A DNA stretch of 64,000 bases from Macrostomum lignano (Eukaryota), in assembly GCA_002269645.1 (NCBI GenBank), contig NIVC01000420.1, forward strand, positions 186,001 through 250,000, read 5' to 3'. This document shows, one piece after another, positions 12,401 through 23,962 of the stretch; position 1 is the stretch's first letter; each line of letters begins with the position of its first letter. A program made the position numbers and the translations under genes. A model generated the notes under the pieces. It worked only from the letters and a program-made list of their open reading frames with translations. It did not search any database and was not told the DNA's origin.

Positions 12401-12898
12401 TTTAGTTTACCGTGGGTGCACACACAGTGATCACGATCATATTAATAATAGTAATTGCAAGAAGGTTGCGGGCACCCAGGTGCAACGTCTTCGGCGAAAT
12501 CGTCCCACATCCAGCTCCGAGGCGATTCTGCCATTCCGCTCACACAGGGTGCACAGCGGCCCTGACTTTCTGGAATGTGCACTCTCTGTGCCTTGGGGGT
12601 TGGCCATCATGGCTGTGAATCGCACGACACAAGGAATCCAACCAAGGGTCGTGACGCGAGAGTCAGACGCGTTTACCGCTGATCAGTTTCTCACCTTGCG
12701 ATCCTTGACGTAGTCTGGATCCACAAGCACAACCCCATCGATTGGGTCGACTCGGGTCAAATGATCGACGAAGTCTCTCTTGCTGAGGTAAGTAGTAATC
12801 TTGTTGTTTGGCGAATTTTTCTTGAACACTCGAGTGCCGCTGGATGGAATTCGTTTTGGATCGCTGCTACTCTGGTCTGCCGCGCCGCTGGTTGCCAT
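9488..12898 (-). CDS. ARRB1: Beta-arrestin (kurtz-like), 3 main exons, with a frame discontinuity near the C-terminus
   Basis: Exons 12695-12898, 11897-12298 and 9488-10221 with phase-0 GT-AG introns. Motifs: [73 protein letters not shown], clathrin box LIQLD. The AP2-binding tail [14 protein letters not shown] is in a shifted frame ending at TAG 9488-9490. Confidence 0.95.
10330..10590. repeat. 21-bp tandem repeat CTCATATCTATACTCTGGTTG in arrestin intron 2
   Basis: Visible directly. Confidence 0.85.
12466..12686 (-). mobile_element. tRNA-headed SINE in arrestin intron 1
   Basis: The minus strand reads ctgatcagcggtaaacgcgtctgactctcgcgtcacgacccttggttggattcc (A-box-like and B-box-like segments). 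The body is shared with 571-720, and cacacagg(a)gtg(t)acagcggccct is shared with about 32946-32970. Confidence 0.6.
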
Positions 12899-13019
12899 TT
12901 TGTTGCTATGAAGCCAAACTGACCGGGTACTGCAATTTCAATTTCAGCCGGGTCAGAGGTGCCCGATGATGTTCTGGACTAAGGACTGAGTCAGACGCAC
13001 AAGAGGATACCCACCGGTC

Positions 13020-13780
13020 AGGACTAAGGCACGCTATTCATGAGGACACACACCTCTCAGGACTGAATCAAGATACTCGTGAGAACACACACCTCTCAGG
13101 ACTGAATCAAGATATTCATGAGGACACACCTCTCAGGACTGAATCAAGATACTCGTGAGAACACACACCTCTCAGGACTGAATCAAGATACTCATGACAA
13201 CACACACCTCTCAGGACTGAATCAAGATATTCATGAGGACACACCTCTCAGGACTAAATCAAGCTACTCATGAGGACACACACCTCTCAGGACTGAATCA
13301 AGATACTCGTGAGGACACGCACCTCTCAGGACTGAATCAAGATATTCATGAGGACACACCTCTCAGGACTAAATCAAGCTACTCATGAGGACACACACCT
13401 CTCAGGACTGAATCAAGATACTCATGAGGACACGCACATTACAGGACTGAATCAAGATATTCATGAGGACACACCTCTCAGGACTAAATCAAGCTACTCA
13501 TGAGGACACACACCTCCCAGGACTGAATCAAGATACTCGTGAGAACACACACCTCTGAGGACTGAATCAAGATACTCGTGAGAACACACACCTCTGAGGA
13601 CTGAATCAAGATACTCGTGAGAACACACACCTCTGAGGACTGAATCAAGATACTCGTGAGAACACACCTCTGAGGACTGAATCAAGATACTCATGAGGAC
13701 ACACACCTCCCAGGACTGAATCAAGATACTCGTGAGAACACACACCTCTCAGGACTAAATCAAGCTACTCATGAGGACAT
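13020..13780. repeat. About 38-bp minisatellite (CTCTCAGGACTGAATCAAGATACTCATGAGGACACACAC)
   Basis: Visible directly. Confidence 0.92.
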
Positions 13781-14594
13781 TCGAGCCTCAGGCGATCCTG
13801 CTCTCAACGCACTATCTGATAAATAATTTGTTGCTGCTCTAATACTTTCGACTCAATCCTATTTTCTATCGCACACTATTGATTGGCAAAGCTGTTGCTT
13901 GGTACCTATCGACTAATCTCTCAGGGTGTGGCTGCTGGGGGCACCGGCTCGTCCTCTCGTGCTGCGCCTCATATGTCTGCATGCCTACCTGCCTAAGGCA
14001 GGTTCTGATTTCCCGAAAATATTGAAAAGCTTGTGTTGCACCGAAGCCTCGCATTCTCTCTGTCAAGCCATACCGTGCTCATTTCCTCGCATGTAGATCT
14101 TTTGGACCCATGCCCTGCTGAGCGTGCAGCCTGCGCTCAAAGCAGGAAAAAATCAGGGGGGGGGGTGACAAAGGTGTGGTCGCTTTGGCCCCCATCTGTT
14201 CGATCCTTTTCTTGTCGTAATCTTTTTCTACTGCAGATTCTCGCGGGTCTCCTTTGGGCTTGGGCTCTGGGCGCAAGCAGCTTGAGTCTATATTTAGTGT
14301 TGCGGCCTGGGTCCGATGGAGCAGGCACATACAGGCGAAGCCCACACTGACTAACTCGCCCTTCATGCCCGTTAGGGTTAGAGCGGAATGGGAGGAAGCT
14401 GGGATGCAGCATCTTCTTGGCATGCTCGCTGCTTGGAGAGGGGGGGCGGGTCGGGCAAAGATAGCTAATGCGATTAATCAAATCCAATTCCTGCATCAGA
14501 TGGGACAAGCCGGAGGACTTCACTCTCCTCACCTACGGAGCACCCTCTGACCCCCTTGTGGGAAAGAAAAGTGCGCGTTTACACAGCAAGACTT

Positions 14595-14925
14595 GAGACA
14601 GTTGCAGCACTGTCTGTAACCTACTCTGGGAGGTGACACTGCTCACTGACTGCAGTTGCAGCACTGGCTGTAACCTACTCTGGGAGGTGACACTGCTCAC
14701 TGACTGCAGTTGCAGCACTGTCTGTAACCTACTCTGGGAGTCTGTAACCTACTCTGGGAATCTGTAACCTACTCTGAGAGTCTATAACCTACTCTGGGAG
14801 TCTGTAACCTACTCTGGGAGTCTGTAACCTACTCTGGGAGTCTGTAACCTACTCTGGGAGGTGGCACTGCTCTTACAATGCAGTTTCAGCACTGTCTGTA
14901 ACCTACTCTGGGAGGTGGCACTGCT
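14595..14925. repeat. Tandem repeat with 20-bp core TCTGTAACCTACTCTGGGAG and longer composite units
   Basis: Visible directly. Confidence 0.85.
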
Positions 14926-16743
14926 CACACGATAAAGCAAAATAAACCACACTGAGTTTCTGATTAATATAGAGCAAAATATTCGTGAGGTTTTAAACTC
15001 TCTCCCCATAAATTATTCCGTCTGTACTTCTCCCCCAGGGCCTGACTGAGTAACTTCGCAAGATTTTCGGCTTACCCAGCCAAGAAAGGTATTAGCGGCG
15101 CTGCCTGACTCAGTTCAAGGGGCAAAGCCGGGCTCAGAAGATCAGAGGCTGGAGTGCGGGCGGGAGTGAAAAGGCTGGCCGGAAGCTTAGTGGAAGGGAA
15201 TAAGTGATGATGAAGAGCGGTCGACTATATGCAAAATCTTTCTTCTGAATTTCCAAGCGGGGCCGGATGATCGCTGCTTCCTTCTCTGTGTTTTTGGACT
15301 ACAGTATTTGAAATCGCTGCTCGAGGTTGGGACGACTTTGAAGCGAGAGAAAGGGAGGTAGGGAGGGAGGAGAGCACTTCGGGAATGGGGGGAGAATGGA
15401 GGATGGCCCGAGCTAGTGGTTGGCCCCTGAAATGATGGGATGGATGGGCTGGGCAGGAGAGAAGAGAGAGAGAGCCAGAGAGCCAGTTGTTCAGCTCTCG
15501 AGTAATGGAGAAGTTCGCCAAATGTATGCTTACAGACAGCTATGGGAGAAAGGTGAGGTTTTAGAGAGATAGAAAGAGCGGGTGGATGGACAGAGACAGA
15601 TCTAGAGAGAAACCCATGGCAAACAAGCGAGTTGAGCAGCGAACTCAAACTACTCTTTTCGCCATTCGTACCTGTTCCCGTTCCGTGTTACCAGTGCAAC
15701 TCGCAATCCTCTTTAGGGACCTGCACAGAGCGGGGTTGCAGCTTCTTTGCTTGAAAATCGGGGATCGAAGAGGCGGGAAGAAGAGGGAAGCGTCTTACCA
15801 AAATGGGAACATCTGGCAGTATTTTTTGGCATCATGCCTTTTATAGCCAGTGGTTATTCGTTAGAAATTCGATTTTGGGAAAGGCAGTATTAGGTACAGC
15901 ATGCCTGTCGATTCTGCGTGACTAGCTTTGTCCATCAGCTACTGACATGTCTTACTTCATCAGTGGACGAATATGGCCACAGCAATCTTAAACACTTTTT
16001 GACCTCAAAGTACGTCTACAAGGAAGCTGTTTGAGTTCTATTTTACTTTGGCCTCTCTCCTAGTTTGGTTGCTAATTTATGTGTGCCTCCCAGGGTCTGT
16101 TCGATTTCTCAACGTCCTTTCCTTGCTGCGCCCTTTCCCTCCGCGGAATTCCAATTAAACAAGGGCCAATAAGGACAGGCACAGGGCGAGAGCGCATCAC
16201 ATGATTTCGGTTCTTTGTCGCAATTAAAACTACGAGCGAAAGGATTTCTCGTATTCTATACTCACTGTACTGTTTGGTACTACTTAGAGTATTAACAAAG
16301 CACTCGCGAAATAAATTTAAGTGGAATTTTTTTATTGATAAGCTTTATGTCTCGTAGATTGAAATTTTGCATTGCACTTTTAAAAATTTTACCCCGCCAA
16401 CAAGTCTGTCAAGTTAGCAGAACGAAAGATAGACAGAGATGCTTATTCAAATAGGCTCGCCTCTGCGAGCTGCGACACTCTGAGCCATAGACAGTTTGCT
16501 GAAGCCAAAGTGCAGACTTGATCGGTGCGCGAAGCATAGCACTGAGCAGCTCTGGCTCAAGTCTCAGCCATAGACGCACAGATTTTCAGCTACGTACAGG
16601 ACTCCGAGATAGGCGCTTGAAGACTAGTGAGCCCGAGCAGCGACCAGCTTATAAGTCAATCGGACCGAAAGCTCTGCCCTTCGCACCCATCGGATTGATC
16701 GCCTTTCGCTCGAAGCCGGGTCCCCATTAGCAAAGCCAGCAAG

Positions 16744-18172
16744 ATGCGCGAGATCGTTCACATGCAAGCCGGCCAGTGCGGCAATCAAATCGGAGCCAAG
16801 GTGAGTCGTCCTGATAATCTTTCTGACTATCGACTACTGGCGGTTTAAACTTAGTATTTTCTTATCTTAATTAATACGCATTTTTGCATTGCAGTTCTGG
16901 GAGGTGATCTCAGATGAGCACGGTATCGACCCCACCGGCACCTACCATGGAGACTCGGACCTGCAGCTGGAGCGAATCTCTGTCTACTACAACGAGGCAA
17001 CTGGCGGAAAATACGTGCCGAGGGCTGTCCTCATCGACCTTGAGCCCGGCACCATGGAGAGTGTCCGGTCCACTGCTTTCGGCATGCTGTTCCAGCCCGA
17101 CAACCTCGTGTTCGGCAAGAGCGGCGCCGGCAACAACTGGGCCAAGGGCTACTACACGGAGGGCGCCGAGATCATTGAGAAGATCATGGACGTTGTTCGC
17201 AAGGAGTGCGAAGGTTGCGAATGCCTGCAGGGCTTCCAGATAACCCACTCGCTCGGGGGCGGCACCGGTTCCGGCCTGGGATCCCTCTTGCTCAGCAAAA
17301 TTCGCGAGGAGTACCCCGACCGCATCATGAGTTCCTACTCTATCGTACCCTCACCCAAAGTGTCCGACACTGTTGTGGAGCCCTACAACTGCATGCTGTC
17401 TTTGCATCAGCTAGTCGAGAACACTGACGCTAGCTTCTGCATCGACAACGAGGCCCTGTACTACATCTGCTTTCACACCCTGAAGCTCGGCCAGCCGACT
17501 TACAGCGACCTGAACCATCTAGTCAGCGCTGCCATGTCCGGCACAACCACCTGCCTGCGATTCCCTGGTCAACTCAACGCTGATCTGCGCAAGCTGGCCG
17601 TCAACATGGTGCCGTTCCCGCGGCTGCACTTCTTCATGCCCGGCTTCGCCCCGCTGACCGCTCGCGGCAGCTCCAGCTACAAGCAGGTGAACGTCGCCGA
17701 GCTCACCCAGCAGATGTTCGACGCCAAAAACATGATGGCCGCCTGCGACCCCAAGCACGGCCGCTACCTCACCGTTGCTGCCATCTTCCGCGGCCGCATG
17801 TCAACCAAGGAGGTCGACGAGCAGATGCTCAACCTTCAGAACAAGAACAGCTCCTACTTTGTCGAGTGGATTCCGAACAACGTCAAGACCGCCGTGTGCG
17901 ACATCCCGCCTAGGGGTATGAAAATGTCGGTGACCTTCATCGGCAACTCCACATCAATCCAGGAGCTGTTCAAGCGAGTCTCGGAGCAGTTCAGCGCCAT
18001 GTTCAAGCGGAAGGCCTTCTTGCATTGGTACACGAACGAGGGCATGGACGACCACGAGTTCATGGAGTCCGAGTCCAATGTCAACGATCTGGTCTCCGAG
18101 CTGCAACAGTACCAAGACGCCACCGCCGACGATGAGGGCGAGTACGAGGAAGAGGAAGAGGAGCTCGAGTAA
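16744..18172 (+). CDS. TUBB: Beta-tubulin, divergent isotype, 2 exons, 444 aa
   Basis: Exon 1 16744-16800 encodes [19 protein letters not shown]; intron 16801-16894 (GTGAGT...TGCAG); exon 2 16895-18172. Contains GGGTGSG, PRLHFF and VEWIPNN motifs and an acidic C-terminal tail. Confidence 0.98.
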
Positions 18173-18989
18173 GATCAGTGACCAGCCCAGCAACTCTGAC
18201 TTTTTCAACTCAAATTCTTTGTTGAGACGTTTTTATTTTGTAAAAGCTGAACACGTGTGCCGCCCCGATAACGTCTCAGTATGCAATTATTTTATGACAA
18301 CAATTCTTATTGTAAAACTTTCATTCGCCAAGATTTTCCAACAACGCCTCAAGTCTTATGCGAAGTTTTTGAACTGGTCATTATTTTCATAATAAATTTT
18401 TTTAATTTCACTGCGAGAGATTTTGCTTTTCTGCCAAAGGCTTGCCTTTTTCTTACATATTAGTTCAACAGATTTCTCGCTGAGCAAGTCGTTTAAGGCA
18501 AACAGAATTTGCGAAATTACTTTATGAATATATGAATACTCAAGTGCTGCAGTTGCAGAAGCGCGTGTTCCTTATTTTGCTAATCAAATTTGTCAGAAGC
18601 CTTTAATGCGGATATCCTCTTTGAAAATTCTAGTATGCTAAGTCAAAGTAAGGCCTCGGAGCCGCTCTGCTGTCAACTATGGCAGAGGCGAAATCGATGA
18701 TAAAAAATAGAGAATCTTGCTAGATTAGGCTGGGGCATGATGGCGGCATGAGGAGTGCGAGTACGTGTTGTTGCTAACTGCTTGCCCGTCTGTCTGCACT
18801 CGCCTCGCAATTAGGCAAACCGCGGTAGATTAGCAATGTAACAAGGGAAGTAGGAAATAGGAAGAATAGGAAAATGCTCCATAGCAACCGCGGCTCATTA
18901 GGGAGCGCAAACCAACAACTCAATGTAGTGCTGGTACATTCGAACAGGAATTCGGTGGTTAAGTAAACTCAAATAGACTGTCTTCTACT

Positions 18990-19405
18990 TACTTCCTTGC
19001 TCCCTTCCCCTCTCCCTTCTTCTCTCCCTTCTTCTCTCCCTTCTTTTCTCCCTTCCTCTCTCTCTTCCCCTCTCCCTTCTTCTCTACTTCTCCTCTCCCT
19101 TCTTCTCTCCCTTCTTTTCTCCCTTCCCCTCTCTCTTCCCCTCTCCCTTCTTCTCTCCCTTCTTTTCTCCCTTCCCCTCTCCCTTCTTCTCTCCCTTCTT
19201 CTCTCCCTTCTTTTCTCCCTTCCCTCTCCCTTCCCTCTCCCTTCCTCTCTCTCTTCCCCTCTCCCTTCTTCTCTCCCTTCTTCTCTTCCTTCCTCTCTCC
19301 CTTCCCCCTCCCTTCTCTCCCTTCCCCCTCCCTTCTCTCCCTTCCCCCTCCCTTTTCTCCCTTCCCCTCTCAATTCTACTCTCCCTTCCCCTCTCCCCCT
19401 TTTTC
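18990..19405. repeat. CT-rich low-complexity repeat
   Basis: Visible directly. Confidence 0.9.
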
Positions 19406-19691
19406 GTAGCTATCTCTCGTGTAAAATTTATCACCAGAACATTCAAATGCCATAATAAAAATACAATAAGAACTGAAATAATTTAGCGAAGACACATCTG
19501 CGAATAGTGTAATTTGATTTTTACTTTCAGTCGTTTAATAGTTTGGATGTCTGAAGTTTTATAACAATCCTGACAGTATATAGTTAATTTTATGACGCTA
19601 CGATCGTACTATCAGTAGCTGTAAAATTACGAGTTGTCATGATTTCTACACATGGACTACTACAAGGACAGTTACATGAGTAATATTTGAA

Positions 19692-21250
19692 CTAATCAAA
19701 CAGAAATTGCAGACTGGACTGCGTGCTGTCGTTCGCCAGTGCTGAGTTGGCCAGCGAGCAGTTCAGCACGAAGCTGCGACCTCGAGGTGGTCGGACAACC
19801 TGCACCATCACCATGGGCGGCAGGTAGAATGATTCGTCGCTTGGGTATGGAAAGTAGAACCTGCGGATTGGAAAATGGCAATGTGAGCTGAGTTCAATGT
19901 GGAGATGCGAGATGGGAGATAGGAGATGGGAGATGGGAGATGGGAGATGGGAGATGGGAGATGGGAGATAGGAGATGGGAGATGGGAGATAGGAGATGGG
20001 AGATGGGAGATGGGGGATGGGAGATGGGAGATGGGAGATGGGAGATGGGAGATGGGAGATGGGAGATGGGAGATGGAGATGGGAGATAGAGATGTGAGAT
20101 GGGAGATGAGAGAAAGAGATGGGAGATGAGAGAAAGAGATGGGAGATGGAGACGCGAGATAGAGATAGGAGATGGGAGATGGGAGATTAGAAAGTGAGAA
20201 AGGAGATGGAGACGGGAGATAGAGATGGGAGATGGGAGATGATAGATGGGAGATGAGAGATGGGAGATAAGAGATGGAGCTGATGAGAGATGAGAGATGG
20301 GAGATGGGAGATGGGAGATAGGAGATGGGAGATGTGAGATGTGAGATGTGAGATTGGAATGAGAGAAAGGAGTTGATGTATGGAAGGTGGCAACAGTCAA
20401 CCCGTCTGTAACTCGACAAAGATCTCACAAGACTACCTGGGAAAGTAGCCGTACATCTGTCCGTGATGCGCCACTCTGGGTGGTACTTCAGCTCCAGTTC
20501 CTCGCCACCAGCGCCACCCCTGGTGTCAATCAGCCCAGCCCGGCAGCTCAGCAGCAAGTCTTCGGTGTAGTTGCCAGCCAGAGCGGCGCCCGGCTTCACC
20601 AGTACGCAGGGGTCGCCAACGAGATAGCCGAAGGCGGTGTACAGATTGCAGGCGCCCAGTGGGCCCGTCAGCTGCGGCACGCAGACCTCGCGTTCGGGCA
20701 TCGGATAGACGCCCAGGCCGTCGCAGTCCTTGGGCCGTCGGCCGGACCTGATTAGCCGGGGGTACCAGCGTCGGATCTCGTAGTTGCTGAGCTCGCCGCC
20801 GATGCGAGCCAGGACGCCAGCGAGGTCGTCGTCGTTGCTCCTATCGAGTCGGACCAGGCCGCTGCCGCCTCCGCCGCTGCCGACCCTGCCGTTTAGACGC
20901 GGCTCCATCCGCAGGTACTCTCGCGAATCGTCCTTGCTGAGCAGCAGGCTGATGATGACGCTGAATATGGCGACGAACGCTAGCAGGATGCAGCCGCCGA
21001 GTAGCAGCTGCAGCCGGAGCTGCTTGTTGATGCGCTGCTTCTGCTCCTGGGTTTCCTCGTCTTGGGCCAGACGGAACGGATCGGCGAGCAGATCGGCGGC
21101 GGCCGCCTCCGTCTGGTGTTGCCGGTAGCGGGCGCTTTGACGGCGTCCGAAGAACAGGGCGTGGAACTCACGTCGACAGCAGTGCTTCTGCTGCTGCTGC
21201 TGGTCGTCTGGTTCAGACGGAGGTTCAGCAGCCGGTGGTGGCGACGACAT
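19692..21250 (-). CDS. Na+/K+-ATPase beta-subunit-like (nervana-like) type II membrane protein, 2 exons, apparent 1-nt frameshift
   Basis: Exons 20437-21250 and 19692-19860. One TM segment (LLLGGCILLAFVAIFSVIISLLL), then GPLGACN..FGYLVGDPCVLVK (compare LGNCS..FGYxEGKPCIIIK). In a shifted frame that spans the intron: GYFPRFYFPY..YLPPMVMVQ..LNCS..LQFLFD* (compare GF..YYPY..YLQPLVAVQF). Confidence 0.65.
19900..20360. repeat. (GGGAGAT)n 7-bp repeat filling the intron of the beta-subunit-like gene
   Basis: Visible directly. Confidence 0.92.
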
Positions 21251-21444
21251 TTCTGCCGGTAGAGCGGCACCCTGGTCAGGCGTTTAAGGGTGGCAGGAAT
21301 ATAGTTTAGGTAGGTAGTTAGGCATAGTTGACTGATTATTTATTCATGGTGACAGATAGGCTTGGCTGCTTGAGCTGGCAGTTGAGGTGGGCAGATGGAG
21401 AATACTGGGATGCTGGGATGTTACTTCCCTCTCTTGTCCCTCTG

Positions 21445-21489
<45 letters not shown>

Positions 21490-22017
21490 TCCTCATCTCT
21501 GTCTCTTTCGCAAGCAGGACAAATAGAGTCGCAGCTAGGGAAGGGGGAGGGGCCGGTATAGCAATGGGCTGAGCACTGGCCACGGCGTTTTAGATGGCAG
21601 AATATTCTGGAAACTGGCTGGCGGGTCAAGCTTTTTGCGTTGCTAATATTTCTGCGACATACGGAACGGGTCCGACGGGTTTCCAATCCAGATGCTGACT
21701 ATGTCTAGTAGTCCATGGCCTAGTCTATAGAAGAGACAAAAGGGAGGGAAAGCGCCAAGTTCAGATCGGACGTGACTTTTTGAAAAGATTGTCCTCAGCA
21801 GGATTCTGAGTTAATCATGTCTGCCTGCCAGCCGCTAACTCTCACTGTTCATTGTTTCGAGGGCTCTTGTGAGCGGCGTCTTGCCTCCTGAGCGGGAAAT
21901 TACTCATATTTGTGTGATGGGATTTCGGTTGACAGCAACGATGGCCGCCCTTCTTAATCATCCCACTAAATTAAGTATCATTGTTTCAGGATGATGCCTC
22001 CCTGTGAATCCAGAAAA

Positions 22018-22790
22018 ATGTCTCACCACTGACTCTCATAGTGTCTCACCACTGACTCTCATAGTGTCTCACCACTGACTCTCATAGTGTCTCACCATCG
22101 CCTCTCAGTGTCTCAACACTGACTCTCATAGTGTCTAACTTCTGACTCTAAGAATCTCATAGTGTCTCACCACTGACTCTCATAGTGTCTCACTACCGAC
22201 TCTCATAGTGTTTCACCATCGCCTTTCAGTGTCTCACCACTGACTCTCATAGTGTCTAACTTCTGACTCTAAGAATCTCATAGTGTCTCACCACTGACTC
22301 TCATAGTGTCTCACCACTGACTCTCATAGTGTCTCACTACCGACTCTCATAGTGTCTCACTACTGATTCTCATAGTGTCGCAACGCAGCCTCTCACAGTG
22401 TCTCACCACTGACTCTCATAGTGTCTCACCATCGCCTCTCAGTGTCTCACCACTGACTCTCATAGTGTCTCACTACTGATTCTCATAGTGTCTCATCACT
22501 GACTCTCATAGTGTCTCACTACTGACTCTCAGAGTGTCTCACCACTGACTCTCATAGTGTCTCACCACAGCCTCTCATAGTGTCTCACCTCTGACTCTCA
22601 TAGTGTCTCACTACTGACTCTAAGAATCTCATAGTGTCTCACCACTCACTCATTTTGTCTCACAACTGACTCTCAGACTCTCATAGTTTCTCACCACTGA
22701 CTCTCAGACTCCCATGGTGTCTCAACGCAGCCTCTCACAGTGTCTTACCAGCAACTCTCATAGTCTCACTATCAAATCTCATAGTGTCTC
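22018..22790. repeat. About 23-bp minisatellite TCTCATAGTGTCTCACCACTGAC
   Basis: Visible directly. Confidence 0.9.
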
Positions 22791-23962
22791 ATAGGCCAAC
22801 ATTTACTTCATTCAAAGTTTCCTTTCAACCTGTCTAAACTTTTCTGTTTCTATTAAAGTCATTAATGCAACTTTTCTAATTTGCGCAGAAAAGCAATTAC
22901 TAAAAAAAACTGATTTCAGCGCCGATGTTGTTAAAATCGAGATTTAAAATGAATTTCAAATGTAACTAAATAGAAGCACATTACCCCCGATTCGACACAG
23001 TTTCTGAAACTGGAATTTTAGAGCATAATAAAATCCAATTCGCAAAATGTATTTAATTAAACAAACAAGTGTCAATCTCAGCATCTAAATGGCTGTTTGC
23101 ATGAAAGAAAGTACACTCAGCGGTCGATTAGGGCTACCATTTCAAACATAGAATAAGTTCAACGCTTTGCTCGGTACTCAAATCGCAGTCTATGGCCGCC
23201 AAGGACGCTTTGCAGTTGCCGCCTCTCCCGTCCGCCCCTTCGATCCGAAGCGATTTTAAAGACGTCAGAACAGAGAGCGGCAAAGTTAGGTTGAAAGATT
23301 TTCTTGGTGTAGATAGAAGCTGAAATTGTCTTTCATATACTTTTGAGAGGAGGAATCTACTGGTCGGCGAACTTTCTCTTTCTCTCAATTCTTGGACTCG
23401 AAGGGATCAGGTGAGTGCAACTTGACATAGGTATGGGAGTAGCTTCAGTTGACGACTGACCAGGTGGATAACTCGACTGCACAGGACTGCGCATTGCTAC
23501 AGTCCTTCTCATGGCTCTCGGGCACACCATTGGCATTAGTATTGCAGCCGATATTGTTGCGACAGTCTCTCGAGTAGAGATCTCTCGTTCTTCGAAGCTC
23601 TCCCCCCCCCCGAGTGTGGGTCTCTCTCCAATGTTTACCCGATTGGTTTCCCAGTCTTCTCCGCCCCCCTCTCTCTCTACACTACTTCATTCGTTTGCGT
23701 AAAGCAATATCTTATCTTGAGCTAGTAGGCCCCGAGATTGTGCCACGAAAGCCAGCGAGGAAGGGAGAGAGGGAGAGACCCGGTTTTCGTGGACCCTTCC
23801 CTGTACAATGGCTCCGCCTGCACCAGCGCTTGTTCCAGGGTCCGAGGCCCGTTTTGCAGCCAACCTCCCTCCGCTTCGAATCCAAAATAGGTTACCAGCC
23901 AGCCACAAGCGTCGTATTACTAGCCATTAGCGAAGGCCCGGCCAGAACCGTACAATAAAAGC

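Noticed and set aside
13800-16000. Overlapping ORFs of 60-150 aa between arrestin and tubulin
   Set aside because: I recognised no domain or consistent exon chain. They may be decayed mobile DNA, but I cannot support a call without a database search.
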